Positions 30,601 through 40,999 of a stretch of 64,000 nt of DNA are shown here, in pieces (the stretch's first letter is position 1; every line of letters begins with the position of its first letter). The stretch lies in NCBI GenBank assembly GCA_964364715.1, contig CAYING010000003.1:3764-67763 (forward strand), read 5' to 3'. The notes beneath the pieces are model-generated. The model saw only the letters and a program-made list of their open reading frames with translations, was not told where the DNA came from and ran no database searches. This DNA is from an uncultured Planctomycetales bacterium. GTDB taxonomy: Bacteria > Omnitrophota > Gorgyraeia > Zapsychrales > GWA2-47-8. A program made the position numbers and the translations under genes.

Positions 30601-31245
30601 GATGACCGGCCGGTCCGGCGACAAGCCTCTTAAGCGATGCGCCAGGACCAGAGATTCATCGATCATGCTTCTGATCTGTTCATCGCTGACCGGTTCGATC
30701 TTGGCTATTTCATGAGAGGTGCGGAAACCATCGAAAAAATGAATGAAGGGAATGCGGGACTCTAATGTTGCGGCATGCGAGATGAGAGCAAAATCCATGA
30801 CTTCCTGTACGCTCGACGAGCACAACATCCCGAAACCGGTCGCGCGCGCCGCCATGACGTCGGAATGGTCCCCGAAAATCGACAGCGCCTGCGTGGCCAA
30901 CGACCGCGCCGCGACGTGAAAGACCGTCGGGGTCAATTCTCCGGCGATCTTGTACATATTCGGGATCATCAAAAGTAATCCCTGCGAACAGGTAAAGGTC
31001 GTGGTCAAGGCCCCGGTCTGTAACGCCCCGTGAATCGCGCCGGCGGCGCCGCCCTCGCTCTGCATCGGCTGAACCAAGGGAACCGTTCCCCAGAGATTTT
31101 TTTCGTCAGCCGCCATCAATTCGTCGGCTTTCTCTCCCATAGGCGAAGAAGGCGTAATGGGATAGATCGCGATCACCTCACTGACCTTAAAGGCGATCGC
31201 CGCGGCTGCTTCATTCCCTTCCACAATGACAAATTTATTTCTCAT
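27670..31245 (-). CDS. nifJ: Pyruvate:ferredoxin (flavodoxin) oxidoreductase
   Basis: IYPITPSS, MQSEGGAAGA, two 4Fe-4S motifs, EFSGACSGCGETPY, GGDGWAYDIG and EVYSNTGGQ. Confidence 0.97.
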   Translation of the reverse strand: MRNKFVIVEGNEAAAAIAFKVSEVIAIYPITPSSPMGEKADELMAADEKNLWGTVPLVQPMQSEGGAAGAIHGALQTGALTTTFTCSQGLLLMIPNMYKIAGELTPTVFHVAARSLATQALSIFGDHSDVMAARATGFGMLCSSSVQEVMDFALISHAATLESRIPFIHFFDGFRTSHEIAKIEPVSDEQIRSMIDESLVLAHRLRGLSPDRPVIRGTAQNPDVYFQSRETVNPYYAVCPGIIQKSMDKFFQLTGRKYKLFDYYGPQDAQRVIVIMGSGAEAAQDTVDKLTAKGEKVGLLKIRLFRPFSIKDFIQELPSSVEVLAVLDRTKEPGGVGEPLYLDVIGALYEAGSGKFKKLPVVIGGRYGLSSKEFTPAMIKAVYDETAKKQPKNHFTVGINDDLSQTSLDYDEDFTIESPTGVRAIFYGLGSDGTVSANRSTIKIIGENTDYFTQGYFVYDSKKSGSITVSHLRFGPKQIHSSYLVSRANFVGCHAFGFLEKYDVLEKLDEGGVFLLNSPIAADKTWDKLPRDVQQQIIDKKCRFYVIDGYKVAYESGMAGRINTIMQTCFFAISGILPKEEAINAIKKYIEKTYSKKGEEIVRMNYDAVDHALAHLHKIEVPQKATSTIEKPAAVSPSAPEFVKKLTARIMVGCGDQIPTSVLPADGTYPVGTAKYEKRNITLEIPVWDESICIQCGKCVFVCPHSVIRSKVYETGLAAEAPKTFKTVAARDREFQGKAYTIQAAPEDCTGCSLCVEVCPVKNKSETRLKALNMNPQPPLKEAEKQNWDFFLNLPEMDRSQVKQNSVRGVQVLEPLFEFSGACSGCGETPYLKLMSQLFGDRAMIANATGCSSIYGGNLPTTPWTKNKEGRGPSWSNSLFEDNAEFGFGFRLALDKQQQFAGELLKGMESHIGTELIQAILGSPQKDEADIFEQRKRVEILKEKIRKIRSPEAAQLMSLADTLVKKSVWIIGGDGWAYDIGFGGLDHVMAAGRNVNILVLDTEVYSNTGGQSSKATPRSAVAKFASSGKSSPKKDLARIAMTYGNVYVAAVAFGAKDEHTLKVFLEAERYEGTSLIIAYSHCIAHGINMTQALQDHKAAVLSGYWPLFRYNPELAQQGKNPLILDSESPKIPFKEYADRQNRFRMLAKTHPERAKQLMALAQDDIFDRWAVYQAMAAETHDAPAPAEQSKV

Positions 31246-31419
31246 AATACTTCCCAGGTTGAATTCCGGCCTCTTAATAGACCAAAAAGGAATTTCTTTA
31301 GTCTTCTGAAAAAAACATTATGCGGCAGGAAAAGATTTCCGGCCATTCGTAGTAATGGCAGAAAATCTAAGTAGTCCTACGGGTGATTATTCGAGAAATT
31401 GAAATTAACTTCTACCTCT

Positions 31420-32679
31420 TTAACGGCGTCTGCCTCTAAAACCGCCGCTGCTGCGCCCCCGGAAAGGCCTGCGGCTGTTGTAATGGAAACTCTGCTTCAC
31501 GGGCAATGAAAAATTTTCCGAAGGTATCTCCGGATGCTGGGAAATCGGCAATGTCCCCTTGAGGAACCGCTCGATCTTCGAAACATCGTCACGCTGATCG
31601 GACGTCGCGAATGAGATCGCGTGTCCGGGGCTTCCGGCGCGTCCGGTCCGTCCGATGCGATGGATATAATTCTCGGCATCGTCCGGCAGATCGTAATTGA
31701 TCACCAGTTCAATGCCTTTGACATCGATCCCGCGGGCCGCAATATCGGTCGCGACCAACACGCGGTATTTCCCTCGTTTAAATCCTTCCAGCGCTTCACG
31801 GCGCTGACCAAGCGAGCGGTCCGAATGGATCTCCGCGACGCTGTGCCCGTGCTGGCGAAGCGAAGCCGTAATTCTTCTTGCGCCGATCTTGGTCCGGCTG
31901 AACAAAAGGACCGAGCCGCGGAACTGGTGAAGAAGTTTTTCAAGCAAGGCCTTTTTCATTTCTCTTTTCACGATGAACAATTCATGCGTGATCGCTTCTA
32001 ACTTGGTCCCGGACGGCGCGATCTCAATAGAGACCGGTAATTTCATGTGCCGTTTGACGACCAACATAATTTCCTGTGGCATCGTTGCTGAAAAAAGCAA
32101 TGTCTGACGCTCATGCGGAAGAACTTTAAGGATCCGCTCGATCTGAGGCGCAAACCCCATATCGAACATCCGGTCCGCTTCATCTAATATCAATGTCTTG
32201 ATATCGTGCAGATGGACCTTGCGCTGTTCCATCAAATCGATCAGCCGTCCCGGTGTCGCGATGATCACACGCGGCTGAGCGCTTAACGCCCGTAACTGAA
32301 GGTGCATCGACTCTCCGCCGATCAAGACAGCAGTTTTGATATCAAATGGCCGTCCAATCTTGACGAAACTTTCGTCGACCTGGACCGCCAGTTCACGTGT
32401 CGGGACAACGACGAGGGCCCGTTCGCGGTTCTGCGCGAGCCGCTGGATCGTCGGTATGGCGAACGCCATGGTTTTACCCGTACCGGTTTGGGCGATGCCC
32501 ATCACATCCTTGCCTTCCAAAATAAGAGGAATGGCCTGATGCTGGATCGGGGTGGCTTGTTTAAATTTAAGTTTAGCTAACGTTTCGGTGATCTTCGGGG
32601 CAATGCCCAGACCAAAAAAATTGAGATTGGATTGTTCCAAGAAAAACTCCTTTTGATTATGCGCAAACTCGGCAGGCAT
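31420..32679 (-). CDS. DEAD-box RNA helicase (RhlE-like)
   Basis: AQTGTGKT, PTRELA, DEAD, SAT, ARGID and HRIGRTGR motifs. Confidence 0.95.
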   Translation of the reverse strand: MPAEFAHNQKEFFLEQSNLNFFGLGIAPKITETLAKLKFKQATPIQHQAIPLILEGKDVMGIAQTGTGKTMAFAIPTIQRLAQNRERALVVVPTRELAVQVDESFVKIGRPFDIKTAVLIGGESMHLQLRALSAQPRVIIATPGRLIDLMEQRKVHLHDIKTLILDEADRMFDMGFAPQIERILKVLPHERQTLLFSATMPQEIMLVVKRHMKLPVSIEIAPSGTKLEAITHELFIVKREMKKALLEKLLHQFRGSVLLFSRTKIGARRITASLRQHGHSVAEIHSDRSLGQRREALEGFKRGKYRVLVATDIAARGIDVKGIELVINYDLPDDAENYIHRIGRTGRAGSPGHAISFATSDQRDDVSKIERFLKGTLPISQHPEIPSENFSLPVKQSFHYNSRRPFRGRSSGGFRGRRR

Positions 32680-32890
32680 TCTTAAAGCACGGCTCCAGTA
32701 TACCTTCCAATACTTCAGTTTCCAAATAAAAGATTCTAAATTAACAAAATGCTAAGGATAGAAAAAATTCTTTGTGTGGAACCTGAGGGTTCTTGCGGAA
32801 AAAATTGTTTAAAGAATCCCCCCGCCAAAGGCGGGGGGATAATTCGTACATATGATTTACGAGCGCTTCGCTCCGTAAATCATGCACTCA

Positions 32891-33091
32891 TTACAGCTTC
32901 ACCACATTAGCGGCTTGTTCACCTTTAGGACCGCGGGTGATTTCGAACTCCACCTTTTGGCCTTCATCCAAAGATTTGTAGCCTTCACCCTGGATAGCGC
33001 TGTGATGCACGAAAACATCATTGCCTGACTCCGGGGTAATGAAACCATAACCTTTTTGGTTGTTAAACCATTTGACTGTACCTTTTGCCAT
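32891..33091 (-). CDS. Cold-shock protein
   Basis: [15 protein letters not shown] and VFVHHSAI; RBS GGAGG before the ATG at 33091. Confidence 0.95.
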   Translation of the reverse strand: MAKGTVKWFNNQKGYGFITPESGNDVFVHHSAIQGEGYKSLDEGQKVEFEITRGPKGEQAANVVKL

Positions 33092-33173
33092 TTGACAAAA
33101 ACCTCCTTCTTCTAGCATTTTTTTGTCCCTCGGGCCTTAAGGCCTTCATCGGGACAAAGATATTTTGAGCTAT

Positions 33174-33215
33174 AAAAAAAGCCGCAAGGCGATTAATGCT
33201 TCACCTTACGGCTTA
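33174..33215 (-). terminator. Intrinsic-terminator-like hairpin inside the csp 5' leader
   Basis: Minus strand reads AAGCCGTAAGGTGA...TCGCCTTGCGGCTT followed by a T-tract. Confidence 0.6.
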
Positions 33216-33258
33216 CAATTTCCATCTCCTTCGACTCACTGCTCAAAATTACATTCAA

Positions 33259-33287
33259 AGTATATATGCCGGCCTTTCGGCTGTCAA
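33259..33287 (-). promoter_or_regulatory. Sigma70 promoter of csp
   Basis: TTGACA-17 nt-TATACT. Confidence 0.8.
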
Positions 33288-33316
33288 TGTTTTTTTATTT
33301 TTTATTTTACCAATGA

Positions 33317-35065
33317 TCATGGCATGATTTTTTGCTTGAATTCCAGCAAAATCCCTTCGGCGGGATAAACTTCCAGCAGATCGGTAAGGACCGCGCGTGC
33401 TTTTGGGATCTCCCCCATTGCCTGGTACGTCTGCAGAAGATACACGCGCGCGCTGAAAAGATCGCCGTCAAACCTGAACGCTTCATTAATGAAATGCAGC
33501 GCCTGCGGGAAATTGTTCTTCAGCAAAAAGGCCTTGCCCAAACTCGCATAGCCCTCGGCATAATCGGGTTTTAATTTTACCGCTTTGGTAAACGCATCGA
33601 TGGCCTTGTCGGGGTCGTTCACATAACATGTCCCGATCTGATGCCACGCAACGTATTCACCGGGAATGGCCCCGGCCAAATATGACTCCGGTTTATTTTC
33701 AATGTACTGACGGTAATGTGCCGCCGCTTCAGGATACATCCGTAACTCTTTGTAAATCGTTCCGAGGATAAGATAGGGATAGGCGCTGTCCGGATAACTT
33801 TGACGCATAGCTTCATGCATCGTAAAATTGTCTTTGTACTTGACGTTAAGTTGAACGGTAAACATCATACACGCGACGACAATCGTTGATTTGGCAATAA
33901 TCCGGTATAGTCTGTAATGTTTGTAGGTTTCGAAAAACCCGGCCGCCCAGCGCGTGAGCATCCCCAGAATCGCGAAGAGACCGATCGACGGGAGATAGAG
34001 ATACCGGTATCCCATCGGGTTGACCAGCGGGATGATGTTCGAGGTAGGCAGATAAGTGCTCCCAAACCAGAGGATCAGAAACGCGAACACTCCGCGTTTG
34101 CTTAAGCTTAATTTGATCCCGCAAAACGCCGCCGCGAGCAAAACGCCGGTAACGCTGAGCATCACGATCATTTGCGGATTGAGCGCGGGCGCGTAAAACG
34201 GGGGAACCACTTTGACGCCCAACGGCCAGACAACCGCCCAAACAGTATGCCCCATCATGTAAAAAAACAAAAACGCCTGCTCGAACACGGCCGGCCCGTT
34301 TAAAACATCCAAGGTCGCGTTGGAAAAAACAAAAAAATAAAGATAAAGGTAGATGCCGGGGATCACCCACCAAAGGATGTACAAACGCGCGTGTTTCCGA
34401 AACGCCCGGGCGGCGTTTGCGGTATTCACGAAAATGATATGATAAACCATGAGCATCGCGGGAAGTGTTATTGCGGTTTCTTTGGCCAGCAGCGCCAAAA
34501 TCATCGCGGCAAGCCCCCCGGCACAAAAGCAGAATTTTTTATTTTCGTCGTAGAGGATAAACGCGATCATGGTCAGACAATAAAACAGGACGGCCAGCAG
34601 GTCCGAGCGGTAACCGATGTTGTTAAGGAGTTCCGCCTGGATTGGGTGGACACCAAAAAGCAGCGCGGCTAATCCAGCCGCGCTTTTGCGCCTTAAAATC
34701 AAAAAGAGCATCCAGTAGACAAGCACGCTGTTAAGAATGTGCAGCAAAAGATTGGTGAAACGCAAGCCGTGCGGATTCAACTTCCAAACGGCAAAGTCAA
34801 GAAAATAACTTAAAGCAGTGACGGGGCGGTAGGCGACACAGCCGGAATAATTGTTCAGTCGTCCCGGCGCAGGTGACCGGCTTAATTCCTCCTGGGTGGT
34901 AATAAAATCCGGCGAGAATATCCGGCCGGCATTGTGCGGATCGCGATAATAACTGTTGCCCACAAACAGCAGAAAGTCATCACCGACAAAACTATTCGAG
35001 AGGGAATTGGCGAATGTTAAAGAAACCAGGCAGACGATAAGGACGATGATTTTGGAATGGCTCAT
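33317..35065 (-). CDS. TMTC-like GT-C glycosyltransferase with C-terminal TPRs
   Basis: FVGDD, YRPVT, NLLLH, HPIQAE, R.DLL, AKET and RYLYLP motifs; TPR helices. Confidence 0.85.
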   Translation of the reverse strand: MSHSKIIVLIVCLVSLTFANSLSNSFVGDDFLLFVGNSYYRDPHNAGRIFSPDFITTQEELSRSPAPGRLNNYSGCVAYRPVTALSYFLDFAVWKLNPHGLRFTNLLLHILNSVLVYWMLFLILRRKSAAGLAALLFGVHPIQAELLNNIGYRSDLLAVLFYCLTMIAFILYDENKKFCFCAGGLAAMILALLAKETAITLPAMLMVYHIIFVNTANAARAFRKHARLYILWWVIPGIYLYLYFFVFSNATLDVLNGPAVFEQAFLFFYMMGHTVWAVVWPLGVKVVPPFYAPALNPQMIVMLSVTGVLLAAAFCGIKLSLSKRGVFAFLILWFGSTYLPTSNIIPLVNPMGYRYLYLPSIGLFAILGMLTRWAAGFFETYKHYRLYRIIAKSTIVVACMMFTVQLNVKYKDNFTMHEAMRQSYPDSAYPYLILGTIYKELRMYPEAAAHYRQYIENKPESYLAGAIPGEYVAWHQIGTCYVNDPDKAIDAFTKAVKLKPDYAEGYASLGKAFLLKNNFPQALHFINEAFRFDGDLFSARVYLLQTYQAMGEIPKARAVLTDLLEVYPAEGILLEFKQKIMP

Positions 35066-35091
35066 AAGACAAACCGGGGCTTAAGCTCGTT

Positions 35092-37558
35092 TCAAATTTT
35101 TGCCAAGCGAAAAAATGCCAGGACGCCGATCAAGTAGGTTGTCAGGGCTAACAAAAGAACCGCATTAAATCCGTAAAACTGCGCGATAAATATCGCCAGC
35201 ATCGAACCCAAGACGCTAAATCCCGCGTTAATGCCCCAGGCCCAAGCGATGGTGGACTCATAGTTTTTGCTGATCAGCTGGAGGCCGCAAGGGAAATAAA
35301 CTCCCAGGCATATTCCAAAAGGCAATAACAGCAAACAAACCAGAAAGATACGGGCCGCGAACGGGAATCCCATAAAGCTGTCAAAGATTTGCGTACCCAT
35401 TAAGACAAAGACCAACAGCAAGAAGCCGAGAACAATTGTTGCCCCCATAATGAGCTGTGAATCGTTAAATTTTCGCTGCCAATAAGGCAGAGCCAAGCTT
35501 CATCCCTGAAAACACCAAAAGCGCTGCCAAGGTTATAGAAAGTGAATAAATCGGGCTGCCCAAAAGCAGCCCAAAGCGCTGCATCATTGGTATTTCAATA
35601 AACATAAACCCCAGGCCTAAACAACTAAAATAAATAATAAATGGTTTTAAAAGAGAGGGCGGCAATGTTTTAATCCCGGATTTCTTGAAAAAAAGAAGCG
35701 GCAGAAAGATAAAGATGATGATAAATAGAACGGCTTGTAATAGAACCAACATTTGGCTCATGAAAATCACCGTTCCCGTATGGTGCACGACGGCTACGGC
35801 AAAGGGGTTAAAAAAATTTAATTTATAATATTTGTAAAAGAAGGGATCGTCATCGGTAATAACTGAGATATCAAAAGGGTAAAAATGGGCAAAAACATTT
35901 TCCTTGCCGTCAATAAACGCCTGGGCGTATTGGTCATAATAATTTGTGGTTTCGACGGCGGCGTTATTCTCCCAATTTTCGGTTGGAAAAATCAGTTCGG
36001 TTTCATGGGTTTTAAAATACTCTTTGACGGCTTGCTTTTCTTCCGCCGTGAATGGGGTTTTTTTGATCAAATTGATCGACCAGCGTTTATGCCCTCCGAT
36101 GATAATATGCTTCCAGGGTTCTTGGGCGCCGGCTTCCCGCAAGGCCTGTAAGCAAATAGCATGTAATTTTAGAGTCTCTCGCGGGTAATCGGCAAAAAGC
36201 CAGCGATTAAAATTTATCATACCATCATCGCTAAGGAGTTTCAGATAATCAATGACCGCGTTTTTTGTGTAGAGATAGCTTTCGGCGTAGGCATAAGCTC
36301 CGGTAGAAAGACCGGAAAAAGTATCAACACCGTTCAAAATAATCAGATCATAGCTGTTGGGTTGAAGAGTTTTGACCAAATGGCGGCCGTCAATATTAAA
36401 CACTTTGACGTTGTCGGCGGTATAAATTTGTCCTGAATATTCGTGGAGGCGGCCGCCTTTCGACATTTGTTCAAAGATGGCAGGATTAATCTCCGCGCCT
36501 ACAATGCCGGCCGCTCCATGAGTTTTGGCCATAAAAATATCGCGCCCGCCGCCCGTTCCGATAACAACAACTTTGGGTTCCCGCAGGATCGTGTAGGGAA
36601 CTTCCATGCCTTGCGAAAATAATTTGACTTGGGAATTATATTTTTGCAGTCCATCCGGCGCCATATTATATATCGGAGTCCCGGCAAGAAAATTCGTGGC
36701 AAAATACGAAAATTCCGGCGGCGGGTCAAGGTTAATTTCGAATGTCCCCGCCGAACTGTCAAAAATTGCCTGGCGTATCTGCGGATTTTTAATGCGATAT
36801 ATATCGGTACGTCCTAAGGGGTGCCACTCGGAGAAAAGGGTGTCGTAATCTTCCTTGGGATAGTAGCCCGGGATCCATTCCCAGCCTTTAGCTGGGTCAA
36901 TCGCATATTCTTTGATTTCAGGAACTAGGCGGGGTAGCAGGGCGCCGCATACAACAAAAATCGCAAGCAGGCCCAAGATGATTTGTCTATGATTTTTGCA
37001 TATGAAAAATAATATGGATAAGGCAAGGGTGAGCGAACTCAGCAGAAACAGGGAACGGAAGACCTCCAGCCAATTAATTAAAAAGAAAAACGCGGCCGCT
37101 CCCAAGCCTGCCCCCACGAGGTCAAAAAAATAAAGTTTATTGCTTTCGCTGGGTTTAAGGGAGAAGAAGTACGTTACCAAAAAACCAATAATAACAAAAG
37201 GCAGCATGACGAGCGTGTAAGCCTGGAGCAGCCTGGAGATTGCCGAAAGATTGGCAAAAAGATTCACCAGGTATTCAACGCGCAAAGGAAACCGGATCAG
37301 TAATAGGGTGCTGATGAGAATTATGGCCGACAAGGCCAGGAGGCTTACGGCAACGACCATGCGCTCTTTGAGGCGGAATATTTTTTCCTTAAAGATAAGG
37401 AGAAAATTCGCTCCGATCCCGTAACCTAAGATCGCGAACGGGATAATGATATAGACAATATGATTCCAGGCTTTAAAGTTGAGTATGCGAGTGAAAAAAA
37501 GTTCCAGCAAAATACATACGAAGGATATAAAAAAAATAACAAGGTGGCAGGATGGCAT
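35092..37558 (-). pseudogene. Membrane-bound spermidine-synthase-like/SAM-binding protein split by a frameshift near 35500 (ORFs 35465-37558 and 35092-35496)
   Basis: LYFFDLVGAG, VIGTGGGRD, EINP, DGRH and LGFMFIE in the first ORF; WAWGINAGFSVLGS in the second. Restoring 2 nt gives ...VFSGMGSLALPYW... Confidence 0.75.
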
Positions 37559-37651
37559 CCGTGTCCTTTCGATGGATGATCGCTATGATCGGTTTTATAA
37601 AAAGAGTATAAATATCATCACTCGTGAGAACAATCATTTTTTCAAATAATC

Positions 37652-39460
37652 CTATTGTTTCCTATAAACCCGCACACCGTCCTTCTCAAAAATAACTTCG
37701 CCAGGCAAGGTCTTCCCATCCGGCTGGATGATGTCTTCAACCGTTTTATTTTGATCAACAAGGATGTAGTCGCCTTTGCGGTTATCTTGGAGAAGAAAAT
37801 AATCATTCCGCGTCGAAACGTGAGAGACAAGATGTTTGGGGGCGCTGACCGAAGCATCTTCTGGAATAAGCGCAATCGCTTCTTTCATCACATTCAGATA
37901 AGCCGGATCCCTGGTGATGCGCAAGTAACCCCGCCAAAGAAAACAATGGCTCAGGACACAGAGACAGATGAACCATGCGCAGAGTTGTTGAATCTTCGAC
38001 GAGGAAATGGAAAAGCGGAATGGTGTTCCCAGGCGGCCGATCACGGCGGCGCAAGCGACCATAATAAAGCATCCGACCACAATATTATAATGCCATGTCG
38101 GATAAAAAAGCGGGATGCTGGCCAGCAGATTGATCAGCAATTCCGGCAGGCCCAGGAAGAAGATCGGGGACAGTAACGGGAAAACAATTCCAACGGGAGC
38201 GAGGAGCGTATAGATAAATATGAATGAAGAAAAACGCCCCATAACAGAATTTCCCGCGCCCCACAAAAGATTGTCTGCAACGGAATGCCCGGGCCGGATA
38301 AACCGGTCTTTAATGTTATCGATCAGCCACGCCGGAGAAGGATCCACCGAATAGATTTGCTGAAAGCAATGCATGATCCACAGTGAAAAGACAGCCCAAA
38401 GGAGGCCGATGATCACCGGTGTCAGAATCCACCGCCGGCTGCGTCTTAATAAAAACGCGTACAGGCCGAACATCACGGATACCAAGGCCATATGCTCTTT
38501 GATGGAAAGACAAAAAAACAAGAAAATTAAAAAATTTCTGAAATGCTGCGTTAGAAAAAAATAAAATGCAAATAAGAGAAACGGCGGCAAAAAACACACC
38601 TCATGCGGCGCGTTAAAATGCTGGCCGATCAGAAAGGGATAAAAGAGATACGCGGCCATGAGCGGCCAAATGGCTGCAGGAGAGACACACCGTTTGAGAA
38701 TCAAATAAAAGGGAACGGCGGAGACGGTCAAAAAGATCGACTTCATGAACAGTAATGTGGCCGGATGCGGATAAACGGCGTACAGCGGTGAAAGGAGAAT
38801 CAGGAAAGGAGAATTGTGAGTCACAAAGTTAGAGCCGCTGATAGAGCTTTGATAGAAACGGCCGTGAATGTTATTCCATTGAATTTGATTATATAAGGCG
38901 ACATCAAAGGAACTGGTGTCCTGAAAATTCAGATGCCGCAGGACAGCAATGGCGCCAAAGAATAGCGCATACCCCGAGAGAAACAGCGCGAACAGCGGTA
39001 TGGATATCGGCGGCCTCCTCAAGGGATGCTCGGGCCGCCGAAGGATACTATTAAACATAATACATCCCACGGCCACAATAAAAATAGCCGCAGCTGGCTG
39101 GTTGCCATCGGGGAGGGGGTAAAAAAAATTGTAAGGAATCAGCAGAAGTAAAATGAAAGATGGGATTAACGAGAGGCGGGCATATGGTAAAGCCGTTTCG
39201 GACGGATCGGCGGCAATGAGGCCGGCCCAGAACAGAACGACAGCGAGAATAACGGCAGCCAACAAAAGAATAGCCGAGGCGCAACTAAGATAAACGGCCG
39301 ATGCAAAACTGGTGACAATGAAAAAAACAACAGTAAAGCTGACAACAATGAGAAGACCGGCATCTTTCCAGGATGCTTTTGCCAAACGTTGCCGGGTTTC
39401 CCTATACTTTAACAGTACCAGTACTTTGTTAAAAAAATATTTTTTGACACATAAATTCAA
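37652..39460 (-). CDS. DUF2079-family membrane protein (GT-C-like)
   Basis: FD...YNQ..WN..HG, HNSP, PHE, IKE and HY motifs; many TM helices. Confidence 0.7.
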   Translation of the reverse strand: MNLCVKKYFFNKVLVLLKYRETRQRLAKASWKDAGLLIVVSFTVVFFIVTSFASAVYLSCASAILLLAAVILAVVLFWAGLIAADPSETALPYARLSLIPSFILLLLIPYNFFYPLPDGNQPAAAIFIVAVGCIMFNSILRRPEHPLRRPPISIPLFALFLSGYALFFGAIAVLRHLNFQDTSSFDVALYNQIQWNNIHGRFYQSSISGSNFVTHNSPFLILLSPLYAVYPHPATLLFMKSIFLTVSAVPFYLILKRCVSPAAIWPLMAAYLFYPFLIGQHFNAPHEVCFLPPFLLFAFYFFLTQHFRNFLIFLFFCLSIKEHMALVSVMFGLYAFLLRRSRRWILTPVIIGLLWAVFSLWIMHCFQQIYSVDPSPAWLIDNIKDRFIRPGHSVADNLLWGAGNSVMGRFSSFIFIYTLLAPVGIVFPLLSPIFFLGLPELLINLLASIPLFYPTWHYNIVVGCFIMVACAAVIGRLGTPFRFSISSSKIQQLCAWFICLCVLSHCFLWRGYLRITRDPAYLNVMKEAIALIPEDASVSAPKHLVSHVSTRNDYFLLQDNRKGDYILVDQNKTVEDIIQPDGKTLPGEVIFEKDGVRVYRKQ

Positions 39461-39645
39461 AAATTTCTCGACGCTGTGAAGCGTTGCAATGCGCTGCGTG
39501 CAGTTCTAATCAACGCTTTAAGGCTTGTTAACCATCTGGGATTCAATGGGTTACGTTATAAAAAGAGCTGAATTTTAACAAACTACTGTCAAGTATATAC
39601 TGTGCCCGACGTGATGTCGAATTTTATTGCCGGTTATTGCCGGAA

Positions 39646-40668
39646 TCACCCGAATCTTTCCGTATGCTCAATGATCTGGCGCATCATGCGGACACACTTG
39701 ACGGGAAAAGACCCCACCGCGGTCTCACCCGAAAGCATCGCATAATCGGTCCCGTCCAGAATAGCGTTCGCCACATCGCTCACCTCGGCGCGGGTCGGGC
39801 GGGAATTTTCCGTCATACTTTCCAGCATCTGGGTCGCGGTCACGACCACCTTATCGCTGATATTGCAATGAAGAATGATCTCCTTTTGGATCAAAGGGAT
39901 CTGATAGATCGGCAAGGAAACGCCCAAGTCTCCCCTCGCCACCATGACACCGTCACAGGCGTCGATAATACTCATCATATTTTTGACACCGTCCTGATTT
40001 TCGATCTTGGCAATGATCTGACAGCGGGGTAAATGCGGTTTGACCAGGCGGCTCACCTTAAGAATATCCTGTTTATTCCGGACAAATGACTGCGAAATAA
40101 AATCAACTTTATGGCGGATACCGAAAGCAATATCCCGCTTGTCCTTATCCGTAAGAATATCCGAGCTGAGTTTAAGCGCCGGGATATTTACCCCTTTACG
40201 GGACTTAATCATCCCTCCCTGCCGGACTTCCAAACGGACACCATTTTTCGACCGGCCCATGACCTTTAAATGGACCTTGCCGTCGTCGATGAAAATATCC
40301 ATTCCCTTTTTCAGATGATTGACGGCAATATCGGAATCGAGCGGGATCTCAAAAACATTGCTCGCTCCGCTCGCCTCGCTCGCCTTGCTCTTCATCCACA
40401 CCGGCTGGTATTTCATAAGTTCGACCGGGTATTTGAGTTCCCCTAAACGCAGGCGGTACCCTTCCAGGTCCTGCAGAATTTTGATCTTGAGTTTTGCCTC
40501 GCGGTTGGCGGCTCGGATGGTCTTGATCAGTTTGAGATGGTCCGCGCGGCTTCCGTGGGAAAAATTGATGCGGGCGACATCCATCCCCTCGCGGGCCATC
40601 TTGATAATAGTATCCTTGCGCTGACTCGCCGGACCCAAAGTGCAGATGATCTTTGTCTTACGCAGCAT
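39646..40668 (-). CDS. pyk: Pyruvate kinase, short form lacking the C-terminal domain
   Basis: RKTKIICTLGP, ARINFSHG, IAKIEN, MVARGDLG, ATQMLESM and LSGETA motifs; 340 aa. Confidence 0.92.
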   Translation of the reverse strand: MLRKTKIICTLGPASQRKDTIIKMAREGMDVARINFSHGSRADHLKLIKTIRAANREAKLKIKILQDLEGYRLRLGELKYPVELMKYQPVWMKSKASEASGASNVFEIPLDSDIAVNHLKKGMDIFIDDGKVHLKVMGRSKNGVRLEVRQGGMIKSRKGVNIPALKLSSDILTDKDKRDIAFGIRHKVDFISQSFVRNKQDILKVSRLVKPHLPRCQIIAKIENQDGVKNMMSIIDACDGVMVARGDLGVSLPIYQIPLIQKEIILHCNISDKVVVTATQMLESMTENSRPTRAEVSDVANAILDGTDYAMLSGETAVGSFPVKCVRMMRQIIEHTERFG

Positions 40669-40999
40669 TGAGATTGAGCAAACCCTTCAGGCGGTTGGAG
40701 GAACCGGGATCCATTTGCGTGAAATAGATCGCGATCCCCTCGCCGGCAGCGATCCGCGAGATACGCGCCAACCCCTGCACCGATTCCTCAGGATTTGTGG
40801 AAGCGCATTGGATCGCGAAACTGATCTCGTCGTTGTTCTGCAGATAAATATTGGTCTTGATCTTAACGAACGCGCTTTTGAGGGAAAGGTCTTTCAGCTG
40901 GCCTTGGAGGGTGATCTGCGTGCCCAGGCTGATCTGGATAGGGAAACTCAACGCGGCGCGCTGAGTTTCCCGTTGATTGCGGAATGAATCCGGATACAT
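40658..40999 (-). CDS. PilZ-domain protein
   Basis: QRETQR (RxxxR) and DLSLKSA (D/NxSxxG variant) motifs. Confidence 0.75.
   Translation of the reverse strand: MYPDSFRNQRETQRAALSFPIQISLGTQITLQGQLKDLSLKSAFVKIKTNIYLQNNDEISFAIQCASTNPEESVQGLARISRIAAGEGIAIYFTQMDPGSSNRLKGLLNLNAA

Noticed and set aside
26641-31245. nifJ plus DHODH-like pair as a novel system
   Set aside because: This is a familiar, widespread gene pairing
35465-35510. Programmed ribosomal frameshift
   Set aside because: No slippery sequence or obvious stimulator; a simple deletion explains it
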